NCBI GenBank assembly: GCA_023205875.1
Contig: CP060755.1
Location: forward strand, 434,001-498,000
Reading direction: 5' to 3'
Source of the DNA: Chloropicon primus
Lineage: Eukaryota
Length of the DNA stretch: 64,000 nt
Part shown: one piece after another, positions 50,534 to 60,643 of the stretch
Layout of the letters: every line of letters begins with the position of its first letter
Position numbering within the stretch: position 1 is the stretch's first letter
The notes under the pieces: generated by a model
Databases searched by the model: none
The model's input: only the letters and a program-made list of their open reading frames with translations
What the model was told of the DNA's origin: nothing
Position numbers and translations under genes: made by a program

Positions 50534-53520
50534 ATGGGGAAGGCGGATCGGAAGCGTGGGAGTGACGGGGGGAAGGCCCTCGATGGACCCAAGGTGAGTC
50601 TCGCCCAGGATTGTGTTCTTCCGTTCGACGTGGTGGCGGAGAGCTTTTTTTTTTCGCTCTCTCGCTCTGTGTGTGTGTGTGTGTGTGTGTCAAGAGTGAC
50701 GAACCTAAACCAGCAGCTTGATCGAATAGTCTTGCTCCCCTCCTCCCTTGGCCCTGGACTGACTCCGTCTCGCTTTCTGCACCCACCTTCGGTCGCGAAA
50801 AAAGCAGAAGAGGACGAGAAGTTCCATCAAAACTCTGCTCTTTGAGAACTTTGCCTTGCCTGTTGTCAGAAACGTTGTGGTTCCCAGGCTGGCGAAAGCG
50901 GCCTTGCTGGACCACGACGTGACGCCGGAGGGCGCGGTTCCTGGGATTCCCAACGAGGTGAAAGTTGCCACGGAGGGTCTCAAGGAAGACGCGGAGATCT
51001 TGAGGGATCAGTACGGCGTGCCGCACATCTATGCCAAGAATAACGAGGACTTGTTCTTCCTGCAGGGGAAGGTTCACACCGAGGACAGGCTGTTTCAGAT
51101 GGAGTTGACGAGGCGATTGTACAGCGGAACCCTCTCTGAATTCGCGGGAGAGAAGGCCCTCGCTATCGATCAGTTCGCAAGAACCATGGGTTGGTGCAGG
51201 GTGGCGGAAAGGGAGGTGGACGCCCTCAGGAAGGGGGGGAAGAAGGAGAAAGAGGTGTTGAAAATGTTGGAGAGCTACGTAGCGGGCGTCAACGCGACAA
51301 TTTCAGATCTCGTCAAGGGGAAGAAGCTTCCTTGGGAGATCTCTCTCTTGAAGATCGACGTCTTGGCGCCTTGGGGACCCGAAGAGGTCATCGGGATCAT
51401 GCACGTGCTCGCGTTCAAGCTGTCCTTTGGCTTCCAGGGGCCCATCATAAAGCAGGCTCTGGTCCAGGCCATGGGTGAGGAGATCGCCAACAAGTGGTTT
51501 GCGAGCAACACGATACCCGAGAACACCTCCCCAACTGTGCCTCGGTTTCACCCGGATGCGGCGGAGCTCCTCTCGAAGATGGCTGCCGCTGGCGCGGGCG
51601 ACTTTCCCGAGGTCCTCAAGACGGGGCTCGGATCGAACGCCTGGAGCATCGGGCCGGAACACACGGACGTGGGGACGCTCTTGGCAAATGACCCACACTT
51701 GGACACGGGAATCCCCACCTTCTTTTACGAGAGCCACCTTTGCAGCAAGACGCAAGGAGGTCCAAAGGACGAGGGGTTGCACTTTGCCGGCATGTCGGTC
51801 CCAGGCATCGCTGGAATGGTTCTGCCGGGGCACAACGAGTCCGTTGCGTGGGGTGTCACCCTGTCCATGTGTGATGTGGAGGATGTCTACGTCGAGATGC
51901 TTTCAAAGGACGATCCCGACGAGAGGCTCGGGTTCTCGCCGTTTTACATGGACAAGAAGAAGAAGAAGAAGATGGACGTGTACGAGCACGTGATTAAGGT
52001 AAAGGGCAGGAGCGAGGCAGTGACCTTTCACTCGGCATCGACCCACCGTGGCCCCATCATCAGTCGCCTCGATGGTGAGCTAAGGAGGGGGATCGAAGGC
52101 GTCGGGGAAGCCGGGAGAGGATACGAGATCTCGTTTGCAGCGAGGCATTTGCACGCTGATTTGTACAAGAACCTCACGGCATTCTTGGGGATTCTGCGAT
52201 CCGAGAACTGCGGAGCAGCGAGAAAGAACTTCTCTCAGCTCATTTCTCCGTCCTTGAACATCTGCATGGCCGACGCCTCGGGCAACATCGCCTACCAGAC
52301 GGCTGGTGAGATTCCCAGACGGACGACTCCCCCCGGATCAGAAACGCTGCCCCTCCCGGGATGGACCGGAGAAGCCTCCTGGAGAGGCATGGTCCGCGGC
52401 GACGATCTGCCTTGCGCCCTCAATCCAAAGGAGGGCAGAGTGGTTACCGCGAACCACAAAATTATGAGCTCGGATTACCCGCATTACCTCGGAGACCTGT
52501 GGCAAGATGGCTTTCGTGCAAAGACAATCCACCGCTGCTTGGATAGGTACACCAAGGTCACTGTGAATGACTGCCAGGACGTCCAGGGCTGCAGCGAGTC
52601 TTTGGATGCCGGCCTCGAGTTCGTGAGTCACTTCAAGGACATGAAATTCAAAGACGCGGCCGTTAGGAACGCCATCAAGCTGATGAACCGCTGGGACGGC
52701 AACTTGTCGATCGATTCCGTTGGAGCGAGCATATACAAAACTATTTATGGGTTCAGCGTCAAGCTGCTTTTCGAAGCTTTCCTGTCCGCGAGCAGCAGCG
52801 ATAGGCCGGAAGACAAGACGTTCTTTGAGAACACGTTGAGGGGGCTCGGCTTCAGCTCCATGCAAAAAGCCTTCAGCGAGTGCAAAAGCATTATCACGGG
52901 TAACGTAAGTCGTGGCAAATCTCTGCGACACGTCGCTAGCGATCGACTCTAACTCTGCACTTTTCCATCCTGCCCTGCTCTGCTCTCCCCAGGTTCTGCG
53001 CCTCCTGAGAACGGAAGACGAAACCGTCCAGAATCCGGTCAAGAGAAAGTTGCTCGAGGATGCCGCGGTAGCCGCCGTAGCGTATCTAAGGAAAGCGTAC
53101 GGGAATGACATGAAGCAGTGGAGATGGGGAAAGCTGCACAAGCTCAAGCTCCACCATCCCTTGGCGGCGATGCTCCACATGGGAGACAGACTGAACATCG
53201 AGTTCGAGCACCCCGGTGATACCACCACGCCCAACCAGGCGACGTACGACATCAGCCTGAACGCTGATGGGGAACCGTGCTTTGACATTGTGAAGAGCTC
53301 GGGCGCCGTGGCGGCTTGCCGGGTGGTCTTCGTGCCCTCGAACTGGGACGCCTCCAAGAGCTGTGTCACTGTGGGCCAAAGCGGAAAGTACCTGAGCAGG
53401 CACTACGGGGACCAGCAGAGGCTGTTCGAGAGGAACAGGGGGAAGCCGATGGCCTGGACGAGGGCAAAGGTGGAGAAGACCTGCATCTTTAAGGCAAACT
53501 TGATTGCAAAGAGGGCGTAA
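50534..53520 (+). CDS. Penicillin acylase / AHL acylase family Ntn-hydrolase (peptidase S45); exons 50534-50593, 50808-52904, 52993-53520
   Basis: RDQYGVPHIYA, EDRLFQMELTRR, catalytic GSNAW..LLANDPHL, GHNESVAWG, THRGPII, NPKEGRVVTANHK, GQSGKYLSRHYGDQ. Confidence 0.93.
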
Positions 53521-53584
53521 GAAAAGGAAAAGCGTTTTTTTTTTTCTGTGTGTGTTCTTGAAAATGTAACGCCCCCGAATTTTT

Positions 53585-55774
53585 TTAGAAAATGGTGATC
53601 AAGGCGGCCACCAAGGCTCCCAGGAGCAAGCTTCCCACGACGGTGAAGCCGGTCGCCGCGGCGGAAGCCGCGTTGAGGTTTGGTGGCGTGGACACGAGGA
53701 GGGCGTCCTCGTTCATCTCGATCGTTGGATCCCAGATGCACTTGGTGCCGCAGTTTGGGAAGGTAACGGTCATCTCCATGCTCTTCTGGCCGTCCTCCGT
53801 GATCTCGATCTCAACCTTCTGCTTCCCGCCGTTGATCAGGGCGGCCGAGGGCATGAACATCGTGGCGTGCCCGAAGCCCTCTGCCACGGTGCCCTCCGAG
53901 AAGGTCCTCTGCATCCTGGAGAGCCTTTTGCGGAGGAGCCTCATCGTGGCCGCCACGGTGAACCTCTCCCTCCTCATCGCTCGGAGCTCGTCGTACACCC
54001 TTTTCCTGGTCCTCCAGACCAATCTGCGCCTCGCGTTGGCCAGGACGGACTTGACCGCCTTGACCTCGTCCCTGTCGAGGTCCGCGCTCCTGCCCTGGTC
54101 CTGGAGCTTGGAGACGGCGTCCATCAGCTTCACCTTCTCCTCGGGGGGCAGGTCCTTGATCAAGTCCTGGATCGCGCCCTCGGGCAGGTTGCTGCTCATG
54201 CCGTAAAGCTTTCCGAATTGGTCGGACTTGCTGCTGCTTTTGGCCCAGCCTCTGCCGGACCAGCCCTGCAGGAGCTTCCTCCTGTCGTTGTCCTTGTCCT
54301 CCTCATCGTCCTCCCAGTCCTCCTCGAATTCCTCCCAGTCCTCCTCCCAGTTCTCGTCGTCCCAGTCCTCCTCGTCGTCCTCCAGGGCCCAGTCCTCCTC
54401 GTCGAGGTCGAGGTCGTCCATGAGGTCGTCCATCTCCTGCTCCAGGTCCATCATGCCCTCGCTCATGATGGTGTCGTAGGACGCGTCGATCGCCGTGGCG
54501 TCGGACTGGGGCACGGTGTCGGGAGAGATGTCCTCGATCACGCAGTCCTCCGCCTTCTCGCTGAATTTGTAGTCCATCACGACCTCCAGCCTGTTGCCCT
54601 CGTCGCAGTAAGGCCAGTTCTCGATCTCGAGCGTGTACTTCAGGGTGTACGGGTGCAGGAGCACGTCGTCCCCGAGATAGTTGATCTCCACCGCGTTCTT
54701 GCCGATCATGTAGATCCTCATCAGGAAGCTGGGGTCGGCCGTGCCGGTGTCCTGGGAGGCGGCGAAGGCCTGGGCCTCCTGCCCCGCGGGGCAGCTCCCG
54801 AGGGTCGTCACGTCGATCGGGTACGCGAGGACGACCTCCAGGGCCCTCTTCTGCTCGTCCGGGGTCCCGAGGTTCACGTCCGAGGCGATCGTGCTGATCG
54901 GCTTGGTCTTCACCAGCTTGCCGATCTGCATGCTCTGGACCACGTTGCCCATCTGGTCGATCTCCCGGATGGCCTTGGTCCCGAACCTGACGTAGTCGGT
55001 GAAGTTGTCCTGGTGGAACTGCACCCACTTGGAGGGCCCGATGAGGGAGATCTTTGGGGAGAGGGGGTCCCCGGGGATCACCAGCACCTTCTCGACGCTC
55101 TGCTTGTCGTTCTCCTCGTAGATCAGGTCCACGGTCTCGGTCCTGGTGTCCTCGATCACGTCCTCGACCTTCACCCCGCTCTCGACGAGGACCTCCTCGG
55201 TCAGGCCGAGGTCCTTGGTCAGGGTGTTCTCCATGGCGGCCTGGACGTCCTCCTCGTCAAAGTCCGAGAAGCTCCTGGCGATGTCCCTCACGAGGTTCCT
55301 GAAGTCCTGGGCGGCGTCCCTCAGGAGGTCCTCGGCCTCCTCGCTGAACGCCTCGGACTCCTCCACGCGGGTGACCAGGTGGTCCACGAGCGACAGGCCG
55401 ATCGACTGCAGCTGCTCGAAGAACTCCTGAGCCCTCTGGACCATCCTGCTACTCGTGGACGAGTCGTCCGAGTCGTCCGAGTCGTCCGCCGGCGTGGTGG
55501 TGGGGGTGGGGGTGAGGGTGGAGTTGACCAAGGCATCGGTAATGATGCCGTCGTCCTCGTAGTACGCGTCGTAGTACGCGTCGTAGGAATCCATCGGCGC
55601 ACCGGAGTAATCCCCGGAGTAACCGTCGACGGCATCCGTGTTGTCGTATTCGTATCCGTAACCGTAATCGCCGTCATTGTTGTACTGGGCCCTTGCGGAG
55701 GCGAGGAAGAGGCACAACATCACCAAGGCAGCAAACGCGCCCCGGCGAGGACGCGAACCCATCATCATCCTCAT
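53585..55774 (-). CDS. Secreted, membrane- or GPI-anchored acidic protein, SAARP/CARP4-like
   Basis: Signal peptide, Tyr/Asp-rich N-terminus, Asp/Glu/Trp tract, RRKLL motif, terminal hydrophobic tail; strong GC3 bias. Confidence 0.85.
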   Translation of the reverse strand: MRMMMGSRPRRGAFAALVMLCLFLASARAQYNNDGDYGYGYEYDNTDAVDGYSGDYSGAPMDSYDAYYDAYYEDDGIITDALVNSTLTPTPTTTPADDSDDSDDSSTSSRMVQRAQEFFEQLQSIGLSLVDHLVTRVEESEAFSEEAEDLLRDAAQDFRNLVRDIARSFSDFDEEDVQAAMENTLTKDLGLTEEVLVESGVKVEDVIEDTRTETVDLIYEENDKQSVEKVLVIPGDPLSPKISLIGPSKWVQFHQDNFTDYVRFGTKAIREIDQMGNVVQSMQIGKLVKTKPISTIASDVNLGTPDEQKRALEVVLAYPIDVTTLGSCPAGQEAQAFAASQDTGTADPSFLMRIYMIGKNAVEINYLGDDVLLHPYTLKYTLEIENWPYCDEGNRLEVVMDYKFSEKAEDCVIEDISPDTVPQSDATAIDASYDTIMSEGMMDLEQEMDDLMDDLDLDEEDWALEDDEEDWDDENWEEDWEEFEEDWEDDEEDKDNDRRKLLQGWSGRGWAKSSSKSDQFGKLYGMSSNLPEGAIQDLIKDLPPEEKVKLMDAVSKLQDQGRSADLDRDEVKAVKSVLANARRRLVWRTRKRVYDELRAMRRERFTVAATMRLLRKRLSRMQRTFSEGTVAEGFGHATMFMPSAALINGGKQKVEIEITEDGQKSMEMTVTFPNCGTKCIWDPTIEMNEDALLVSTPPNLNAASAAATGFTVVGSLLLGALVAALITIF

Positions 55775-56265
55775 CCTCGATCAGTCAGCGGGGGTGGGGA
55801 GAAACCAAACGAAAGTAAAGTCGTCGATCCGAATGCGATCACGCGGCGGCGGGGGCGGCGTGGTCTTTGGATGGACTGAGAGGAAGGGGATCTCTCACTC
55901 TCGTAACCGCCGTAACCGCCGAGCGACCGAATTCCTCACCCATTCATCAAGAAATCCTTTGCTTTTCCCAAAAATTCAAGCCATCGTCTCCTCGTCGCGG
56001 AGATCGCCTCGTCGCGGAGATCACCCCCCTGCCTCGTCAGCGGCAAACATTGGAGAGCCGAGCCCAATGATTGTAAATCATGATTCATGATCGACGAGAT
56101 CAAGATTGCGCATCACTCAAGGGCCTTCCACTCACTTGTGCTTTGCTCCTCACGGGTTGTTCGACTACCGGTTTACAATTTGCTTTCCGCCTCGGCGACA
56201 GACCCTTGCCCTTGCAGAGATAAAGAAAACGTAACGCACGCCAACGCTCCACGACAACGACGACC

Positions 56266-56742
56266 ATGACGACGACGACGACGACGATGAGGATGACGAT
56301 GTCGGTGAGGATGTCTTCTTCTCGCCGGCTCCCGACTCGGGTGAGGAAGAACGCCCTCTCGAGGTTGATCTCCGATTTCAACGGGATGAGGAAGCCCAAC
56401 ACCCCGGTGGTCTCGACGAGGACGACGTCCCCCAGGTCGAACCCGAGCTCGCGGCGCGAGCCCGTCGTCAAGTCGGAGGCCCTCGCGAGCCCCATGTCCT
56501 TCATCGGGATGCTCGACGCCGTCTTCGAGGTCAGCCCCCACCCCGCGGTGTACAGCAAGTACGCCTCCAAGTTCGCGGGCGTTCGCGGGGACTTGAGGGA
56601 CGAGTACGAGGAACTCTGCGCGAAGATCGACGAGGTCGCGGCCTCGCTGGAGGACCAGGGGTCCGAGGAGTCGGAGATCGAGTCCATCCTCTGCCGCGCG
56701 GAGGCCCTGCTGAAGTCCTCCCTTTCCCGGGAGGACGCCTAG
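56266..56742 (+). CDS. Small uncharacterised protein (start ATG uncertain)
   Basis: Strongly GC3-biased ORF ending in an acidic helix; TGTAA 79 nt after the stop. Confidence 0.6.
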   Translation: MTTTTTTMRMTMSVRMSSSRRLPTRVRKNALSRLISDFNGMRKPNTPVVSTRTTSPRSNPSSRREPVVKSEALASPMSFIGMLDAVFEVSPHPAVYSKYASKFAGVRGDLRDEYEELCAKIDEVAASLEDQGSEESEIESILCRAEALLKSSLSREDA

Positions 56743-56920
56743 ACCACAAGCTCCTCGATCGTGCCAAGCTTCAAGACCACACGCCTTTGTATGTATATAT
56801 ATATATTCTAGATAACGTTTTGTAACAGTATACAACCAAACAATAATATTTTTGAATCCCGGTGCCAGAGGCACCACGACAACGTCGTGGTAGCTGCCTT
56901 GGGTCTACGCGGATCCCCCG

Positions 56921-58420
56921 TCACCCCCCCCCGACCTCGTTGCCGTCCAGCCTCCTGCCCTTGGTCTCGAGCGGCAGGCACATCGAGATGACCGCGCCGG
57001 CGAACGAGCAGAGGGAGTAGACCAGGACCGCGGACGCCGCCTCCGAGGCGCTCTCGTTGGCAAAGGAGATGTAGGAGACGATGATGCCCGCGATCCTCGC
57101 CACCGCGGAGCACAGGCCCAGGCCGAAAGCCCGGCTGGAGGTCGGGTACACCTCTGGGGTGTACACGTACAAGTCGTTGAAGGCGCCCAAAACGCTTCCC
57201 CTGCCGACGATGGCGGCCAGCGTCAGCACGCCGAAGGGCAGGGAGCTCACGCTGAGCACGAAGGTGGCGATCCCGCCGATGGAGAACATGACGGCCTTGG
57301 TCCTCTTCCTCCCGATCCTGTCGACGAGGTAGGACGTGGCCACCATTCCCGGAATCTCCGCCAAAGCGGAGAGCAGGGTGACGGCGTACTCGTTCTGGTG
57401 CTGGAACGAAAAGTAGAGCGGCGTCACGAAGCACAGGCCGTAGTAGGAGATGACGCTGCAGAACCACAGACCCCAAAGGAGCACGGTGGTCGTCCTGTAC
57501 TTCTTCCCGAGCAGGGTCTTGAGGTGGCTCTCCGACTTGCCGCCGGCGGCGGGCTTCTTCGGGGCGTGGAGCTTGAGGTTGTCCGGGAGCCTGACCTTGT
57601 TCCTTGCTGCCGCCGCCTTCAGGACCTGTACGGCTTCCTCCCCCCTGCCGTGCACCAGGTAGTACCTCGGGGACTCCACGAGCCAAGGGAAGATCGTCAG
57701 GAGGGTGAGGCTGGGCAGGGCGGAGAGAACCAGGAAGAGGCGCCACTGCACGCCGTGCATGCTGAAGCAGAGCCAAGCGATGCAGGTCTCGAACACGCAC
57801 CCGAAGGTCCACAGCGCCCCGATGCTCAGGATAATAGCAGCACCCCTGTACTTCTCCGCTACTACTTCCGAGAACAGGGTCACCGCGCAGGTGACCCCGC
57901 CAAGGCCGATCCCAACAACGGCCCTCAGAGCGATGAGGGTGTTCATGGTCTGCGCAAAGCTGCAAAGGATTCCGAAGAACCCCACCATCGCCGTCGATAT
58001 CAGGTACCCCGGCTTCCTCCCCAGCTGGTCCGAGACTCTGCCGAAGACGAGAGCCCCGAGCCAGATGCCGATGAACGTTATCGCGCTCAGCAGGAACCCG
58101 TAGTGGTCCCTCTCCTCCTTGGATGCGTCCGGCATGAGAACCGGCGTGATCCTCGGCACCAGGAAGCTGAGCAGCATCATCTCCGCCGCGTCGCAGGCCC
58201 ATGAGAGCCCGCACTGGAAGAGCAGGAGCCAGTGGAACGGACCCCAGTCCAGCAAAGTCACCACGTCGTCTATGCTCATCCCATCCGTCTCCACGCCCAC
58301 CCCACTCAAGGACGCGCACACCGCGTCCGACGCACCCGACCCCCGATTCTCTATCAGCCCCCGCGTCTCCTCCGACCTCTCCTTCGAGGCCTTGAACATC
58401 ATCATCCCCCCACTGCTCAT
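56921..58420 (-). CDS. MFS transporter, SVOP/organic cation transporter-like
   Basis: WACDAAEMMLLSFL, GRVSDQLGRK, VESPRY, DRIGRK, YVYTPEVYPT..RAFGLG, LPLETKGR. Confidence 0.93.
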   Translation of the reverse strand: MSSGGMMMFKASKERSEETRGLIENRGSGASDAVCASLSGVGVETDGMSIDDVVTLLDWGPFHWLLLFQCGLSWACDAAEMMLLSFLVPRITPVLMPDASKEERDHYGFLLSAITFIGIWLGALVFGRVSDQLGRKPGYLISTAMVGFFGILCSFAQTMNTLIALRAVVGIGLGGVTCAVTLFSEVVAEKYRGAAIILSIGALWTFGCVFETCIAWLCFSMHGVQWRLFLVLSALPSLTLLTIFPWLVESPRYYLVHGRGEEAVQVLKAAAARNKVRLPDNLKLHAPKKPAAGGKSESHLKTLLGKKYRTTTVLLWGLWFCSVISYYGLCFVTPLYFSFQHQNEYAVTLLSALAEIPGMVATSYLVDRIGRKRTKAVMFSIGGIATFVLSVSSLPFGVLTLAAIVGRGSVLGAFNDLYVYTPEVYPTSSRAFGLGLCSAVARIAGIIVSYISFANESASEAASAVLVYSLCSFAGAVISMCLPLETKGRRLDGNEVGGG

Positions 58421-58867
58421 CCCTCCTTCCTCCTCACCAAGCGCTAACGCGTGCCCTGCGCGCCACAGGCCTTCTGAGACAAAGAGACAATGAAAACGAT
58501 TGAAGCGCGGCAAGCTTAGCTCTTCGGCAAGGAGGACCTCGCCGTAGTGACGAGGCTGGCGTCCGTGACGGCGTTCCGCGTTCGAGCGCGCGCTCCTCTC
58601 CTCCTCCCTGTGGCGCCACGAATTGGCGCGCGATCAATCGATCGGAGAGAGCGGAGGCGGAGAGGGCGAGCCGAGGTTGTTGAGGATCGAGCGGAGGGCG
58701 AGGGCAAGGGCGAGGGAGGAGGCCAGGAAGGAGACGTGGATCGAAAGAGCGTCTCGAGATCTTTCCTTTGGAGAAGTTTGGCGTCCAGGAAGCGGAGCTT
58801 GTTGAACTGAGAGGAACAAGCGGTGTGTGTGTGTGTGTGTGTGAGGTGGAGAGATCGAGGGCACAGT

Positions 58868-59702
58868 ATGATGTTGGCGAGGAGGAAGCGGTTAGGTCTG
58901 GTCGCGGTGGTTCTGGTCATGGGTGCGCTGATCGGAGAGGTTCGGTGCGCCGAGAAGAAGGGGGGCGAGGCGGCTCAAGTGACTTGCGGGAGTGTTATCG
59001 CGCTCCAAGGGAACAAGGTGGGCACCCAGGTGGCCTGCCAGGAGGTGGCGTACGGAGGGCACGGGAGCGGCCAGATGGCTTGCACGGGGGTGACGTCCGT
59101 GGCCGATTTGAGCAGGTACTTCACGGTGAAGGGGGTCCAGGGGGAAGAGTGCCTGCAGGGAACGCCCGTGACGAAAGGGATGAAGATCCGTTTGCAGAAC
59201 AAAGCGACTGGGCGCTGGCTCCACTCTCACAAGTTCAGGAGCATGCTCTCGAAGAGTCAGGAGGTTTCCTGCTTCGGGGGACCGGGCGAGTCAGACGATA
59301 GCGACGTTTGGAAGGTGACGTGGAGCGGGGGCGGGAAGTTCTGGTCCAACGGCGACAAGGTAAGGGCGAAGCGATCGACGACGACGACGACGACGACGAC
59401 GAGGAAGAGACAGGGAGAAATAGTTTCTCTTCCCTTCCTCGAACGGCACTCTAACCTTCCTTCCTGCCGCTCTCGCTCGCAAAACACAGGTGAACTTGCA
59501 GCACGACATCACGGGCGTGTACCTCGCGGCCATGTCAGGCCAGTACCCACAGCCTTTGACCGGCCAGAGGGAGATCGCTGGAGCGAGGACCAAGGTGGTG
59601 GAGACGTTTTTCAGCGCAGCGGAGGGAATCTACTTCCCGCCCAGGACGCACCAGGCGCCGGAAAGCAAGGAGGGGGCACCAAAGGGCCACAGCGAGCTGT
59701 GA
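58868..59702 (+). CDS. SDF2: Stromal cell-derived factor 2-like ER protein (MIR domains); exons 58868-59359, 59490-59702
   Basis: Signal peptide, VTCGSVI, GSGQ, IRLQNKATGRWLHSH, QEVSCFG, GQREI, EGIYF; C-terminal HSEL. Confidence 0.92.
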
Positions 59703-59802
59703 GAATAACTGGTGTTGCCAAGACTCCGAAAGAATAGATTACGAGTACAAAAAATATTATTCATTTTACATATTATCGTAGGATAACGAGCCCCGCTTCC
59801 CC

Positions 59803-60643
59803 TCAGCTCCCTCTCTTTGGCTTTCTTGCGGCGATGAAAAGCGCAGTGGAGTCGGCGTACTTGATCTGACCATTCTCGCTCGTCGCAAAGCCGCTCAGGT
59901 AGACCTTGCGCCCCTCGACCCTGTCTATCCTCGCATTGAACACAACTTTGCCCTTGCCACACGGCATGGGCTTCCGGTAGTTGACGTCCAAGTTCGCCGT
60001 GAAACCCGGCCCGAGCTCCTCGTGATTCACCCTGGACCTGTTCCTGAAGTAGCACGTGCCGAAGAGGTCGTCGAAGCCCATGGCAATGATCCCACCGTGG
60101 ACGATCCCGCTGTGGCCACACAGCGAGCAGCCGATCCGGTACACGCCGGCCACAGACCCATTCTCCTCGTCGCTGTAAAGTTCCAGCTCAGACACCATCT
60201 CCTCCCCTGCAGCGGATCGAAATCGAACGAGCGAAGAGTGAGGAACCAAGCAAACGCACGTCAGCCTCCTTGTTCGAGCACAAGAAAAGATCTCGAAAAC
60301 ACACACACACACACACCACTACCGTACCTTTCAGCGTGTTGTGCCAAGCGCCCATCCTCTTGTAGGCCGGGGTCCCGTCCAGGCGCTTCATCGTGTCCTT
60401 GATCCCACCCAAGCTCTTCCTTGTCTCGGACCCCGCAGCGGCCTTGGCCTTGGCCGGCGCTGGTGCGTGCGAACCACCGGCGCTGGGAAAGAAAAACTTG
60501 TCCTGCGACGAAGTTTTCTCGGTGAAGCTTCCGCCGCCACGCAGGGTCTCCCGCCCCTCCGTCAGGCCCACCGACGCGAACTTCGTCCCCAGAAACGCTC
60601 CTACCCCCCCTGCCACCCACCCCGCGAGTTGCCGCGACGCCAT
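59803..60643 (-). CDS. Hotdog-fold acyl-CoA thioesterase (THEM4/PaaI-like); exons 60643-60328, 60206-59803
   Basis: LCGHSGIVHGGIIAMGFDDLFG, FTANLDVNYRKP, VEGRKV, ADSTALFI. Confidence 0.9.

Noticed and set aside
52900..52995. Apparent frameshifts in the acylase, TBCCD1, SOUL, BtaB-like, SDF2 and thioesterase ORFs suggesting pseudogenes
   Set aside because: Each break is bounded by GT..AG and splicing restores the frame
53867..55879. 670-aa plus-strand ORF (likewise 20769-22307, 23722-25470 and 18456-19679)
   Set aside because: Antisense shadows of well-supported genes, with the typical L/V/H/G-rich composition
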